The notes under the pieces are model-generated. The model had not been told where the DNA came from and searched no databases. It saw nothing but the letters and a program-made list of their open reading frames with translations. A stretch of DNA of 64,000 bases. It comes from Cenococcum geophilum. Taxonomy: Eukaryota. The stretch spans positions 30,318,001 to 30,382,000 of the forward strand of contig CP158635.1 of NCBI GenBank assembly GCA_050273025.1, given 5' to 3'. Made by a program: the position numbers and the translations under genes. How positions within the stretch are numbered: position 1 is the stretch's first letter; every line of letters starts with the position of its first letter. Shown piece after piece: positions 52,533 to 64,000 of this stretch.

Positions 52533-54467
52533 TAGTATTTTTATTGCGGCCGAAAATTAGGGTTTAGTAATTTGCGGCGATTTGCACAAGTAGCCTATAT
52601 ATTTATAGTAATTTGTTATAAATAGCCGCAAGTTACTAAAATAATAACTTAAGCGAGTTAAGCAGACCCTAAATTTCGGCTATAACAACGTGCTAAAAAA
52701 ATCCTAATATAGCTCCTATATTAATTAGAACTTAAGTATTAGCCTATTAATTATTCTGCTAAAGGCGGCAATTAATAGTTATACTATGGTCCTAAAAGTT
52801 AGAGTTTATAATATCTAAAGCATTTAATAAGATCCTAAGGCAGAGCTATTTTAGAGAGCGACTTAACTCTAGGTCCTTTCTTTTAGAGGTAACTAGGGCG
52901 GGCTTTTTATAGCATATTAGTTATAGCTTTGTCCTTATTAGTAGTGGTTACTAAATAGTAAGTTAGAGCTAGATAATAATTAGGGTTAGTAGATAGGGCT
53001 TATTTAAGGCGACTAGTTACTTATATTAATTATCCGTTTATATATTTAGAATAGTGGTATACTACTTATACCAGTTATTTATATATATATTTAGGGTAGT
53101 GAGATAGAGTAGTAGCTTAAGATATAAGCGTCGCTTCCGCACTTACAATAGAGGCTATAGTTAACGCGTTATTTATATTTAGTAAATCCTTTTAAGGTGT
53201 AAGAGAGAGTCCTAGTATTAATATCTATAGCGTCTAGGTCCTTATGGGTTTTAGGCGGTTAAGGGGTAGAGTATTAAGGTGTATATTTTAGGGCGAGGCG
53301 TAGTATATCGTTATATAAGCCATTAATAATATTAGCGTAAGTAGTAATAGTATTTAGCAGTTTAACTCCTATAAGAGATACTTTTAATTTAGGGTTTAAG
53401 GATTCTACTAGGCGGTTAATTAAAGCAGATTTATTCTATTTAGTCTCTTTAGCGTAGTAGTAGAACTTAGTAAAGTATAATGAGAAGTTTTTAAAGCCTT
53501 ATATTATCCTATTTAGTTTCCTTTATATAGTAGCAATTTAGTTAGAGTTGCTATAAGAGGCTTTAAGTATAGCAACTAGCTCTTTTATAGTGTTCGGCTA
53601 AAACGGGTATATAGTTTCTGCGGCGTCTTTTATTAGGCGGCTTATAGTGTAATATAGCTAACCGTCGGGAGTAGGGTAGCGATTAATATTACTATTTAGC
53701 TTGTTTTTAAGTTAGTTAAGAAAGGAGCGTAGTTTACTCCTTTTGGCTAAATAAGCGGGAGGATTAGAAAGATATTTAGTTAGCTTCTTTATAAAGGAAC
53801 TAATTAGCGAATTTGGGGTTAAGGAGCCAGTTTTAGACACGCTCTTTCTACCTAATATTTATAGGTTAATACCGGTAGGGATAAGTAGGGGTGGTAGTAT
53901 AGCAGATGGTAGGTTTCGGCAGATCTCTTTAATTTCTTTTTTTAGAGATTTAATTAACTTATAATATTAGGCTTCTTAACGGGCAAGTGTTTTTATAAAG
54001 GCCTATTATAGGCTCTTTATTTATTTAGTAAATATAGTTTATAGGTCTTTTATAGATATAGGGGCTTTTAGGTTATTCTATATGCTAGGCGCGGCGGTAT
54101 AGGGTATAAGTTTAACGTAATATAGTGTTATGGAGTAAGTATAAGCGGCAATAATATATAGTAAAGTAGATATTATTAAGCTATGTATATAAACTATATA
54201 ATAAAGTTAAGACGTTATATAAGGAAAGAAGGTAGAAAAACGGGAAGAAAGGGTATATATTATTAGCTTGGTTACTTAGTTAATATATATACGAAGTAGA
54301 ATAGGATTTAGGAAGTAGTCCTAGCAGAACTTAGTAGAATTTAGTAGAACTTAGCGGAATATAGCAGAATGTAATAGATTACCGTTAGATTGCCGTCTTT
54401 AGTTACTAAGTTAGTAGAAACAGGTGGACGTATATAAGGTATTACGGGAGTGTCCCGTAACATCTAG

Positions 54468-57373
54468 TATATTATCTATAGCCTTATTAAATTTGTCCTT
54501 ATAAGGGTTATATAGTAAACCGCTAATATAAGACGTCCGTATATTAAAATTAGTAATGCTACCTTATAAGAGCCGCTCTAATCCAAGTTAAAGAATAGTA
54601 GATGCCTTAAACCTAACATCTTATATACACTAACGCATAATAGAAGTATATCCGCAATTAAAACAATATATTACTATTACTCTTAGCATTTATTAAGCAA
54701 CTTATATACTAACTATTATATATATTAGGTATAACGTTAGGACAATAAACTATATAAATATATTTAGTAGCTTCTTCTAATACTATTATATTCTTATTAG
54801 TATTACCAAAGCTATATATAAGGGGATTAAATAGCAACCCGGCTGTAGTTAATAGAAAGGCGTTAAATATATTTATACTATCCTTTGCGAGTTTCTTATA
54901 TCCACGCTATAGAAGCGAAGGAGCCTTAAAATCCACTAAGTGCCACGTATATTATATAATTAAATCGTTCCTAATCTAATTTGCAAGATAGCGGATATCT
55001 AGCGCTAGAGACTTAGTCGTATATTCGCTATTTATACGTTCGCTAAATATACGCTTAAAAATATCGCAGAGCGCGCTAGAGTAACTTATTATAAGAATAC
55101 TCTATTTAAATAGCTCGTCTATACTAAACGTTAAATTTCTATACGTCTAAAGCAACTCTTTAAGTTAAAGATTTAGCAGTTTGTTAAGGCGATCCGTTTT
55201 AAAGAAGCTATCTAGCCGCCCTTAGAGGTTAACTAAACTATTAGTAAGCATAGCCCGTTAAAGCACTAGATTATAAGCGCTTATTCTAACTAGCTACTAT
55301 AGGATTAGTATATTATATGTATAGTTCTTTAATAAGCTTCTAGTAGTGTATAAGCACAGGTAGAGGATTATATACTTTAGTAGTCCAATATCCATATACT
55401 GAAAAGCGTATTTTAGAAGCTTATAAGTATTAATAACCTATAGAAACCGGATATAATTTTAAAAAAACTCCCTATTATAGTTATTAGCGGCGGGGCTTAA
55501 TATACCTATAGAGGATAACGTTGCCGCTAGCTAATATACGTTAGTAGGTAGCTCTAAATAATTAAACGTGCGCTAATTTGTATTACGGTATATATCTCTT
55601 AAAAAAGCCGCTGTATAGATATCCTTAATATACTTTAGAAATTGCTATAAAGATAGGTTTTATATATATTACTCAGCCTTACTATCTACCTTAATATTAT
55701 ACTTATTGTAGATATAGAGTAGGAATAATATAATAATATAAGTATTAAAGCTTTAGAGAATTAGCTCTTCTATATAATAAAATAGAGTCTTTTTCCTAGA
55801 AATATTGCGCTATCCTAAATAGTTAATATAGGCGTAAAGCGCTAAAAACTGCTGCGCGGCTTCCTTACCCCTATATAATGTACGTATAACTATATATAGG
55901 AAGTTTAATCGTATATACTATAGCCCTAGAATAGGCAACACCTACTTTTAGCTATTATATGCACCTTCTACCTTAACTCGCTCCTCTTTATATAATTAGA
56001 TAAGCTTTATAGTTTTCTAATCTTTATATACTAAGAATAGCCAGTCGTTAAAAACAGTTTTATAATTATACTGTGGTTAGTCTAGAAATATATTCTTTAT
56101 TATACGATAGTTACTATTAATAGAAGCTTCACTATTAAGAATAGGCCCTATAGTTATATACTCTATCCTTCTATAAGGTAGAATATTAACTACTAATATA
56201 TACGGATATTTAATATCTGCGTTAGAGTTAAATATACTATTAACCGCAGTAAAATATATATATTAAATGGCGTCCGTAATAAAACTTATAAATATCTGCT
56301 TATAAAGGTTATTAAACTTATTTCTAGCTATATTAATAACCTTATTTAGCTTAAGTTAGCAAGTATTGTTTAATATTAACTGCTTAAGGTCCCTTTTAGA
56401 CATATATACTTTACGGAAGATTTTTCTAGTAGTATATAAATTAATCCCACTAGTCCTACCAATAATCTAATATTAAGTCTTTTAGTAATAATTAAAGTTA
56501 TTATAAATAGATAAAGACTTAATTAGTTTCTTAAAGGTTATTAGCGCTAGAAGTTATATAACTATTAATTAGACTAAGGCTATGTAAGAAAAATAGTATA
56601 TAGCGCTTTATACTAAGTACCAAAAGATATAAACTAAGTAAACGGGTAAACCCGTTTATAGAGTTTTAGGTAAACCCTAATAGGAATATAGAGGTAACTA
56701 TAACTATATATCCGCCGTATAGATCCTAACTATATTCCTCTTTATTTAGTATAGATATCCTCCTAATAAGCTAGAATAGTAGTAGACTATACTACTAAAC
56801 AAACTTAGCTGCATTCTTAAGGTTAATATCCTTAAACTCTATATCTAGAGTCTATATGTTAAAGGGACTATATTATAACTATAGTCGGCAAAGCTCTTTT
56901 TAGATATAGTAGATAGTATAGGTTACTAGTGTCGTATAAGTATTAGGCGTATTAATAAGTTCTTCTTATATTTTCTTATCCTTTAATAAAGTAATAAGTA
57001 GATCCCTTACTTTTTTCTTCTTTTTATTACCTTTATGCCTATTCTCGCTTTTTAAGCACTTAAAAACTAGTCTTTAAAAAGACTAACTCCGTTTTTATAG
57101 AAGGTCTTTAATAATATTAACTTTTTCTTTCTTTAATATCTTTATCTAACTAGTAGATAGGATATCTGCTACTTATAAAGAGGGCGGGCGGCGTAGGCAT
57201 AAGCGTTTAGTATTAGTGGTTACTATATGGCCTAGTGGTATAGAGGTGGAATTATAGCCTTTACTATAATAACTTTCTCTTAACGTTGCGTGGATATAAG
57301 AAGCTAAGGATCTTATAACTTATAGAGTAGGATTTTCTCTATAATTTAGTATACTTTTAATATTAATAGGTAT
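54468..57373 (-). pseudogene. RIP-inactivated DUF6589-like putative transposase (Academ-like); C-terminus probably continues left of 17150
   Basis: Minus strand, in order: SIY(D)NF(D) ~56490-56512; GPIL(D)SEAS..(G)NY ~56105-56150; LV.(G)D(Q)KT ~56010-56035; (W)VLP.(P)GL(WH).R.N ~55903-55945; KNY..(E).L ~55305-55330; NSLVN..GR.DSF..TDRLN.LLN ~55170-55245. This motif order is what I recall for DUF6589 proteins. Confidence 0.72.
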
Positions 57374-57376
57374 TAT

Positions 57377-60300
57377 TGTCAGATAATCTATATTCTATGT
57401 GGCGTAGGATATATACAAGTCACGTGCAAGTGTACACCTCTCTATTGTAGCTTAGAGCCTAAGGGGCCTAAGGGTCAAGACAACCATCAAGGTCAAGACT
57501 AAGATTATTAATTAATTAACCCATTTTATTAATAAAGAGCTCTATATGCACTATCTGATAGTTATAAGCCTGGTCCGCCAACACAAGAAGCTTTTCAGCT
57601 ATTACTTAATTATTTAAAGAAATTCTACCTCATCGTTAGACCCTAATACCTTATCGTTATAGGACGCAGACTCTGATAGAAATACTACCTTAATTGTCAC
57701 AGGACGAGATTCCACGAGATTCCACGGGATTTTATAAGACTCCACCTCAATTAATAAGGATGATCTTGATAATAAGGACGATCCTAACAACAAAATACCA
57801 TCTTAATTCCTCCTTTGCCTATTAGTCAAATGACTCCACCAACAAGTTTATTAACTACGATCATCCTCAATAAACCAGAAGACTGGGAGTAATGGCTATA
57901 GCAACTCCAAGCCCTCGTAGATTAGCGAATTTAAGCCCATATTAACCCAGATAATATAGTACCTCAACGAGGTCTACTACAAGAACCACCCCATCTAGAA
58001 GTTATAGATTTTAATAAGAACGCAACCTTATACTTAGAGCTGTTAACAAATTAGCAGAAAGCGTACAATAATAGCAGACGATACTACGACTAGGACATAA
58101 AGTATTTCCTAAGACAGGAAGATCGTCTTTAACAGATCTGCACCTAGATTACGTCTACAGTATCAATTTAAAAGAAGCTACTACTTAACCCTTCTCTTAC
58201 AGTTAAGGAATAGCTATCTTAGTTAAAGAAGAATATAGAACCTACCTTATTATTTATTAGGAAAAATGTACAACACTAGTACACGGAAGCTCTTAAGGGG
58301 TTTAAACACTTATTAAAATTAAATCAGTGGCTAGATTAATGGGAACATGCAATATTACTAGGAGAGAAGTATAAAATACCCTAAATGTCTAATGAAATCT
58401 GGCTTTAAGAATTAGCAGAAGTTATTTAACCGTTTAGCGACGCCTACTATATAAAGTACACTACTAAGTTAAATAACCCTTAGAAGTTAAGGTCTTCCAA
58501 ATACCGTAGAGTAATAAAGGAGCTGCAAGAAGGACTTAGAACACCCTTAAAGAAAGCTAATACTACTATAAGAGGGAGTACCTTTAATGCAGACTTCGCA
58601 GAGCAAGCCATTAAGGATTACTTTAATACTACTAAAGGTTTATAGAGAGGAAAAACCTTAGTATATAATAGACGCTTAAAGAGAGCTAGGATACTAGTGG
58701 GTAAAGAGACGTCCTATAAGAAGCTAATACCTAAGTGCTTAGCGTGCGGAATACGAGGACATTCTATTTAGAACTATTAGTATTTATTTAAAGATAAGAG
58801 ACCTATAGGAGTTATAATTAGAGATACTCGCATTAATAGGGTATTAAAGAATGTAGAAAAGAATAAGGATCTTACTAACTAAGTTATAAAGATTAGACTT
58901 AAAGAATAAGAAGATAAGGCTTAATAATAATAGGACGAGAGTTAGGAAGTTAAGATTAAGGGAAAAGCTAATGCGATATTTCTAGAATCGTTTTATACCG
59001 GTTAACTCCATCTACTAAAGCTATTAACTATTCTTAACTTAGGAACCACTCTCTATATCTTTAATAACTTACCTTATTTCTATAACTTTAGGAAAGCTCT
59101 AAGACACAAATATATTATCGCCGGCAGCTTAGAAGTGCCTATACTAGGCTATAGCGACGTTATTATCTAAGTTATAAAACCAGACAAGAGTAAGGGAACC
59201 CTATAACTTAAGGACGTTGCCTTTTATACGGACTTTAATACAAATCTAGTGTTGTTTTATCTACTTTAAAAATAAAGGTATTACTAGGACAATAAAGGAG
59301 ATAACAACCTTCTAGTTCAGAAGGATAATACAATCCTATATTAAATAGAAGAATATTACGGATAACAGACTATTAAGTACGTCCGACTAAGAAGTCTATT
59401 AGTATTTAATATAAGCTAACTGCTACGCCGCTAACGAAAGCGCAGAGTATTATTAAGAGATATTTATCTAGATGCAAAAGGTAATATATAACTATAGTAT
59501 CTGCGTCTAGGTTATCTAGGACCTATAAGCCTTTATTATTTAGGTATTAACACCCTAGGAGTTAAGCTTTAAGGCGCTATAACGATAGAATGTTAATACT
59601 ATAGTCTCGCTAAAATTAAGCGTTAGGTCTCATAAAGGTTTTTAAAATAAAAAATTAATAAACCCTATCTTAACCTCTATATTAACTAAACTAACCTTAA
59701 AAAAGCGCATACTAGATTTATATAAGTTATACTTATCTATAATACCTACTTAGGAAGATCCTTCTCGTATTTTATAACGACATATAGTAAGGAGAAGGAG
59801 ACACTATAAGTGCTTAAAGATTTTATCTAGTGGATTTGTCTAAGGTATAACCTTAAAGTTAATACTATTAGATTAGATAATAAGCTAGGGAGAAAAAGAA
59901 CCTTTAAATAGCTACGGACTTAAGGGATTATATTTAAGCCTTTGGCGCTATATACTTAAGCTTAGAACAGTATCGCTAAACGCTTAGGGGGTGTAATTAT
60001 TAAGAGAGTACAAGTAATAAAAATTACTGCTAATTTACTATATAATCTATGGAACGAGATAGTTAACTATATAGTCTACCTTCGAGATTAAACGCCACAG
60101 GAAAGCAATAGATAGAAATTGCTATATAAGAGGTTCTATACCTTCCTAGCTAATAGGAGATTAAGAAAACCATAACTAGCGCACCTAAAAGCCTACGGCT
60201 ATAGGGCGTACGCGATAACGTTAGACGCCTAGCTAAAGAAGAAAAGGCTAAGCAAACTAGATCTGTAAGCCCATATTAGCTACCTTATTAGCTATAACTT

Positions 60301-62964
60301 TACTAATATCTATAGGATCTAGATCCCATATAAAGGTATTATTATCTTTACTAGGGACGTTATTTTCAATAAAAAGACATTCTTTAACGGCAAGTAAATA
60401 GACATCTTAGAGGATCTATACGCTGAATTAGATATGCTAATTAAGAAGATTTAACTACCTAATATTAAGACTAAGAATAAGGTCCTTCTAGAAGATAATA
60501 AAGAAGTATTTAAACCGTTAATTTAAGAGGAAGACGACGACGCCAATAATAAGCCAGTGCGAACCTTTAATAAGTTAGCTAATCTTAAGCTTATAAGAGC
60601 CCTTAAAGACGCGTATTATACGCCACCTCTAATAGAAGAAGACAAAGAATCTTTATATACCTTTTACGTCAAGTATCCTATAAAGTCAGATATATAAGAT
60701 TAGGACATTATCTAACGAATAGGAGACGGGTTTAATACTTAGGGGGTGTTTAACGACTTAGTTAAAGATTTATTTAAGGAAGCCAGTAATAATAGGTTTA
60801 AAGACTTTGTTACTAAAAGGATTACTTTAGCCTATTATAGCGCCTTCTTAGCAGGAAGGAAGTTTAACCTTAATAGTTAACTTAATAACAGCAAGCTAAA
60901 GTCAGGTAGAATATATAATATTAGACTATAGAGAAAGAACCTACCTCCTCTACCTAAGTTAATCTAGGACCTTAATACACATCCTCTTTAAGATTACTTC
61001 TAAGAGGCTTAACGAGCCTACCTCCAATCTTATTATTAAATGAGGTTATTTTAAGAAATAGATAGGAAGTATGTAAAGGGACAGTAGGTCCTTAGCTTAA
61101 TGTGGGTGTTTGTCTATAAGATAAATAAGTATAAATTCCTCCAGAAATATAAGGCACGCTTAGTAGTATATAGAAATTAATAGGCCCCAGGAGACCTACC
61201 TATAAGAGCTACTATATTAGTAAGTACAACCTTTCAGACCCTAATGGTAATTACTGTAAGATTTGACCTAGAGACGATATAAATAGATATAGTTAACGCG
61301 TTTGTCTATTATAATCTTAATAAGGTTATCTATATAAAGCTACTGCTAGGGTTTAGTAAAGGAAAGATAGACAAAGTACTACGTTTAAGAAAAGCCTTTT
61401 ATAGACTATAACGATCCCCTCTATTACAGCAAAAGAATCTTACAAGCTCGTTAAATAAATTAGGTTTTAAAGAGGTTCCTTAAGAGCCGTACGTTATGCT
61501 AAAAGGTAAAATAGTCGTCTTCTTCTATGTTAATGATATTGTCTTCTACTACCAAAAGATAGATAAGAAGAAAGCTTAAGAAGTAATTAAGGAGCTAAGT
61601 AAGGAATACTAAATAAGTACCCTTAGCGAGTTAAAATAGTTCCTAGGAATCTATATACTATATAATTATAGCTAAAGGCTCCTATAGCTATCCTAGGAAC
61701 CCTATATTAAGAAGATAGCTAACTAGTATAAGATAGATCTTAAAGGGTGTCTTTTAGATACTCCTATAGCAGAATTAAAACTCCTCCCTACTAATTACTA
61801 ATTAATCTATTTAATGCGTCCGTCCCCTAATATAGACCTATTAGTCTATTTTATATCCCTACTAGCTTCTATAATACTATATTAGAGAAAACTAGGTTTA
61901 GTCCTCTATATAGCCACTATAACGCGTCTAGATATTGCTTTTGCAGTATTACGGCTAGTAAGGTTTAATTAGAACCTAAGCTAAGAGTACTATTAAGCGG
62001 TAAATAGAGTAATCTAGTACCTATATAGCATAAGGAGCAGAGTAATCTACTATAGAGGAAATAAGGAAGGAATAAACGGTAGAAGGAAAGATAAAGGAAT
62101 ACGCGATAAAGGACGAGATAATAGAAGAGACGGTAGAAGTAAAGCGCAATTATTTATCTATACTAGCAACGCATTATTTACGGACAACTCTATTAATAGA
62201 AAGAGCTTATAAGGATATATTATAAAGCTATTCGGGGGACCGATCGCCTAGAGAGTAAATAAGCAGGATATAGTAACGACGTTAAGCACAGAAGCTAAGC
62301 TATTAGCCCTATTACAGATAGCAAAGGAAGCTATCTTTATTAGTAGGCTACTTAAAGTAATAACGTTAAGGCTAAACGAGCCCTTAATTATTAATTGCAA
62401 TAATACCTAGACACTCTAATTAATTATAGAAGACACGGTAAAGCTGATCACAAAGCTCTAATACGTCAATATCTATTAACACTAGTTACGTTAAGAATAC
62501 GCAATAAGACGAGTACTATTTTAATAAAAAGCGACGAAGGAGATAATCGCTAATAGACTTACGAAGGCCCTGCCTAAGTAGAGGTTTAAGAGCTTTATTA
62601 ATATAATTGGAATGGTGGATATTAAGGAACGGCTAGTTAAGGAGAAGTAACTAGAGGACTTAAGGGAGAATATTAGAGCGAGACGGAAGGATTCAGATAA
62701 GATTATAGTTTAATTAACGCATTGACGGACATGAAAAGGTGGTTAGCTTCGCCCTCGACTAGGTTAAAGCAAAAGGGGTATGTTAGATAATCTATATTCT
62801 ATGTAGTGTAGGACGTGCATAAGTTACGTGTAAGTGTATACCTCTCTATTATAGCTTAGAGCCTAAGGGGCCCAAGGGTCAAGACAACTATTAAGGTTAA
62901 GACCAAGATCATCAATTAATTAACCTATTTCATTAATAAAGAGCTCTATATACACTATCTGACA
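57377..62964 (+). mobile_element. Complete Ty1/Copia retrotransposon, RIP-mutated
   Basis: 184-bp LTRs 57377-57560 and 62781-62964; perfect TSD ATTAT; GTTATAAGCC PBS-like motif; gag ATG 57830; IL(DS)GTT ~59030; L(WH)LRLG(H) ~59492; (Q)N(G)IA(E)R ~59963; WVFVYK ~61102; KARLVV ~61151; FYV(D)DI ~61523; STEA(E) ~62285; IA(DG)LTKAL ~62546. Integrase precedes RT. Confidence 0.96.
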
Positions 62965-63267
62965 ATTATAGGAGGGTAGATTAATTTTGTTAAAGTTAAT
63001 AAAGTCTTTTTATATAAATAGTGTTTAGGTTTTTTATAAAGCTTGCTAGAGTTTTCTAGACTAAGAAAACGATTGCCGTCCTAAATTAGCTTAGTAGATA
63101 GTGCGGATATTTTTATATCCGTAAAATCGATTTCTTAGTTTAAGCCTCTAAGGTAAAAAAAATCCGCACTAATAGAATTATATTTAAGCCTGCTAAGGTA
63201 ACTATATAGGGGCAATTAGGGTGGATAAACTAGGAAAGAAAATTAAGGAAGGAATCCTATAACGCTA

Positions 63268-63286
63268 GCTACGCGTATCGCGTAGC
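63268..63286. other. Perfect 8-bp-stem palindrome GCTACGCG-TAT-CGCGTAGC
   Basis: Read directly; lies between the DUF6589 frame start and a divergent ORF relic. Function unknown. Confidence 0.6.
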
Positions 63287-63628
63287 GCATAGAATGGGCG
63301 TCCTGTAACAGTTAATATTCTCTTTTAATTAGGCATTATTTCTATAAATAGTAGGCTAATATAATTACTTAATAAATCCTATATATTTCTACGAGAATAG
63401 TAACTACGTCCTTATTTTCCGGTCCTCTATTAAAAGAGAGTTATCTAAATACTCCCTATCTATAGGAATTTCGCTACCGCTTTATATATTATATTTATTA
63501 AAGCTTTTACCTCTTACTAGCCTAAAAGGTACTCTCTAGCTACTACTAGCTATTACTTTCTTAATTTAGCCATTAGTATATAAATAATATCTATTAAGGT
63601 TCGTTTTTAAAGGGTATCTATAGCCGTT

Positions 63629-63952
63629 ATAGCTGCGCCTTAACTACCTAGTTATTTAGACTAGGTAGTAGACATCCTAATTACTAGGACAGCTTAATCG
63701 CCATAATTAATTAATTATACCATTTATTTAAATACTATACAACTACCATAATAAGCGATTATCTATTAATTAAAAACCAGGTCGCTTGCTTTACTTAAGC
63801 AATTTATAATAATAAATATTCCTTAATTGCAGAAGTAACGCGTAAGAATCCTAACCTATACGGTTATATTAAGTAACGCGTTACTAGATAAAAGTTTTAA
63901 TTAAATCGACCTATAACGAATAGGCTACTTAATAATGCAGAAGAAGGAGGTA
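63629..63952 (+). pseudogene. Unidentified RIP-mutated reading frame, divergent from the DUF6589 gene
   Basis: Frame (M)AAP*LPSY.D*VVDI...LQK*RVRILTY...IDL*RIGYLIMQKKEV, with all stops TAA/TAG. No diagnostic motif seen. Confidence 0.35.
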
Positions 63953-63953
63953 T

Positions 63954-64000
63954 TGTCATCGGCAAAATATGGTACCCTTTCAATGGCCTCAATGGTTGGT
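63954..64000. mobile_element. Possible start of another LTR at the window edge
   Basis: Begins TGTCA, and composition switches abruptly to CA/TG-rich. Only 47 bp visible. Confidence 0.3.

Larger units (their letters stand above)
27044..52709. mobile_element. Non-autonomous TIR DNA element (~1.6 kb native) filled with satellite arrays; superfamily unassigned
   Basis: Left end CATTAGGATTTTTTGGGCTCGTTATTGTAG; right end reverse complement TATTAGGATTTTTTTAGCACGTTGTTATAG; TA duplicated at 27042-43 and 52710-11. The Y1 sequence rejoins exactly across the gap (compare the empty site in Y2 at ~29740-29760). Confidence 0.85.
17155..54462 (-). mobile_element. Gypsy chromovirus Y1 (~6 kb native) expanded to 37.3 kb by nested insertions
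   Basis: LTRs 17155-17571 and 54126-54462; TSD TCTAG at 17150-17154 and 54463-54467; PPT complement GTACTCCCCCTTT after 17571. Native pieces 17155-18186, 23853-27043 and 52710-54462 are colinear with copies Y2 and Y3. Confidence 0.95.

Noticed and set aside
51862..52567. 216-aa and 159-aa ORFs with KALY/RALY repeats
   Set aside because: Stop-free frames of a 12-bp minisatellite that run across the LINE/TIR-element junction; not genes.
52556..52570. TTAGGG motifs suggesting telomere repeats
   Set aside because: Isolated hexamers, no tandem array.
1..64000. Alternative genetic code or stop readthrough suggested by in-frame TAA/TAG at Gln/Trp positions
   Set aside because: Stops vary between homologous copies and come with window-wide C>T/G>A transitions, including catalytic D>N changes; RIP explains this.
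16060..64000. Starship or Helitron as the enclosing giant element
   Set aside because: No tyrosine-recombinase captain or Rep/helicase motifs recognised, and the 63268 hairpin lacks a properly spaced CTRR end.

Overview
Gene-free, AT-rich block of a filamentous-ascomycete-type genome. It consists almost entirely of transposon relics mutated by repeat-induced point mutation (RIP): strong TpA excess, CpA/TpG loss, and CAA/CAG/TGG codons turned into TAA/TAG. I found no intact host gene, RNA gene or CRISPR array, and all ORF-track calls are TE fragments or repeat artefacts. Matching termini and target-site duplications (TSDs) resolve about 14 elements. Left: a Gypsy chromovirus (W) has its chromodomain split by a full-length Tad1-like LINE and cut by a hAT element. 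Centre: a six-level nest runs DUF6589/Academ-like DNA element > Gypsy Y1 (17155-54462) > satellite-filled TIR element (27044-52709) > ORF1-only 'half-LINE' (34084-52155) > Gypsy X (36083-51737) > Fot1/pogo, a 2-kb mini-LTR element and Gypsy Y3. Gypsy Z (in Y1) and Gypsy Y2 (in the TIR element, carrying a solo LTR) are side branches. Right: a complete Copia sits at the putative start of the DUF6589 frame. The best leads are the Academ-like host element with flanking ORF relics, the non-coding satellite-bearing TIR element and the ORF1-only LINE. None is shown to be a new system; family names come from motif recognition by eye, not database searches. Residues in parentheses are inferred by reversing RIP changes.
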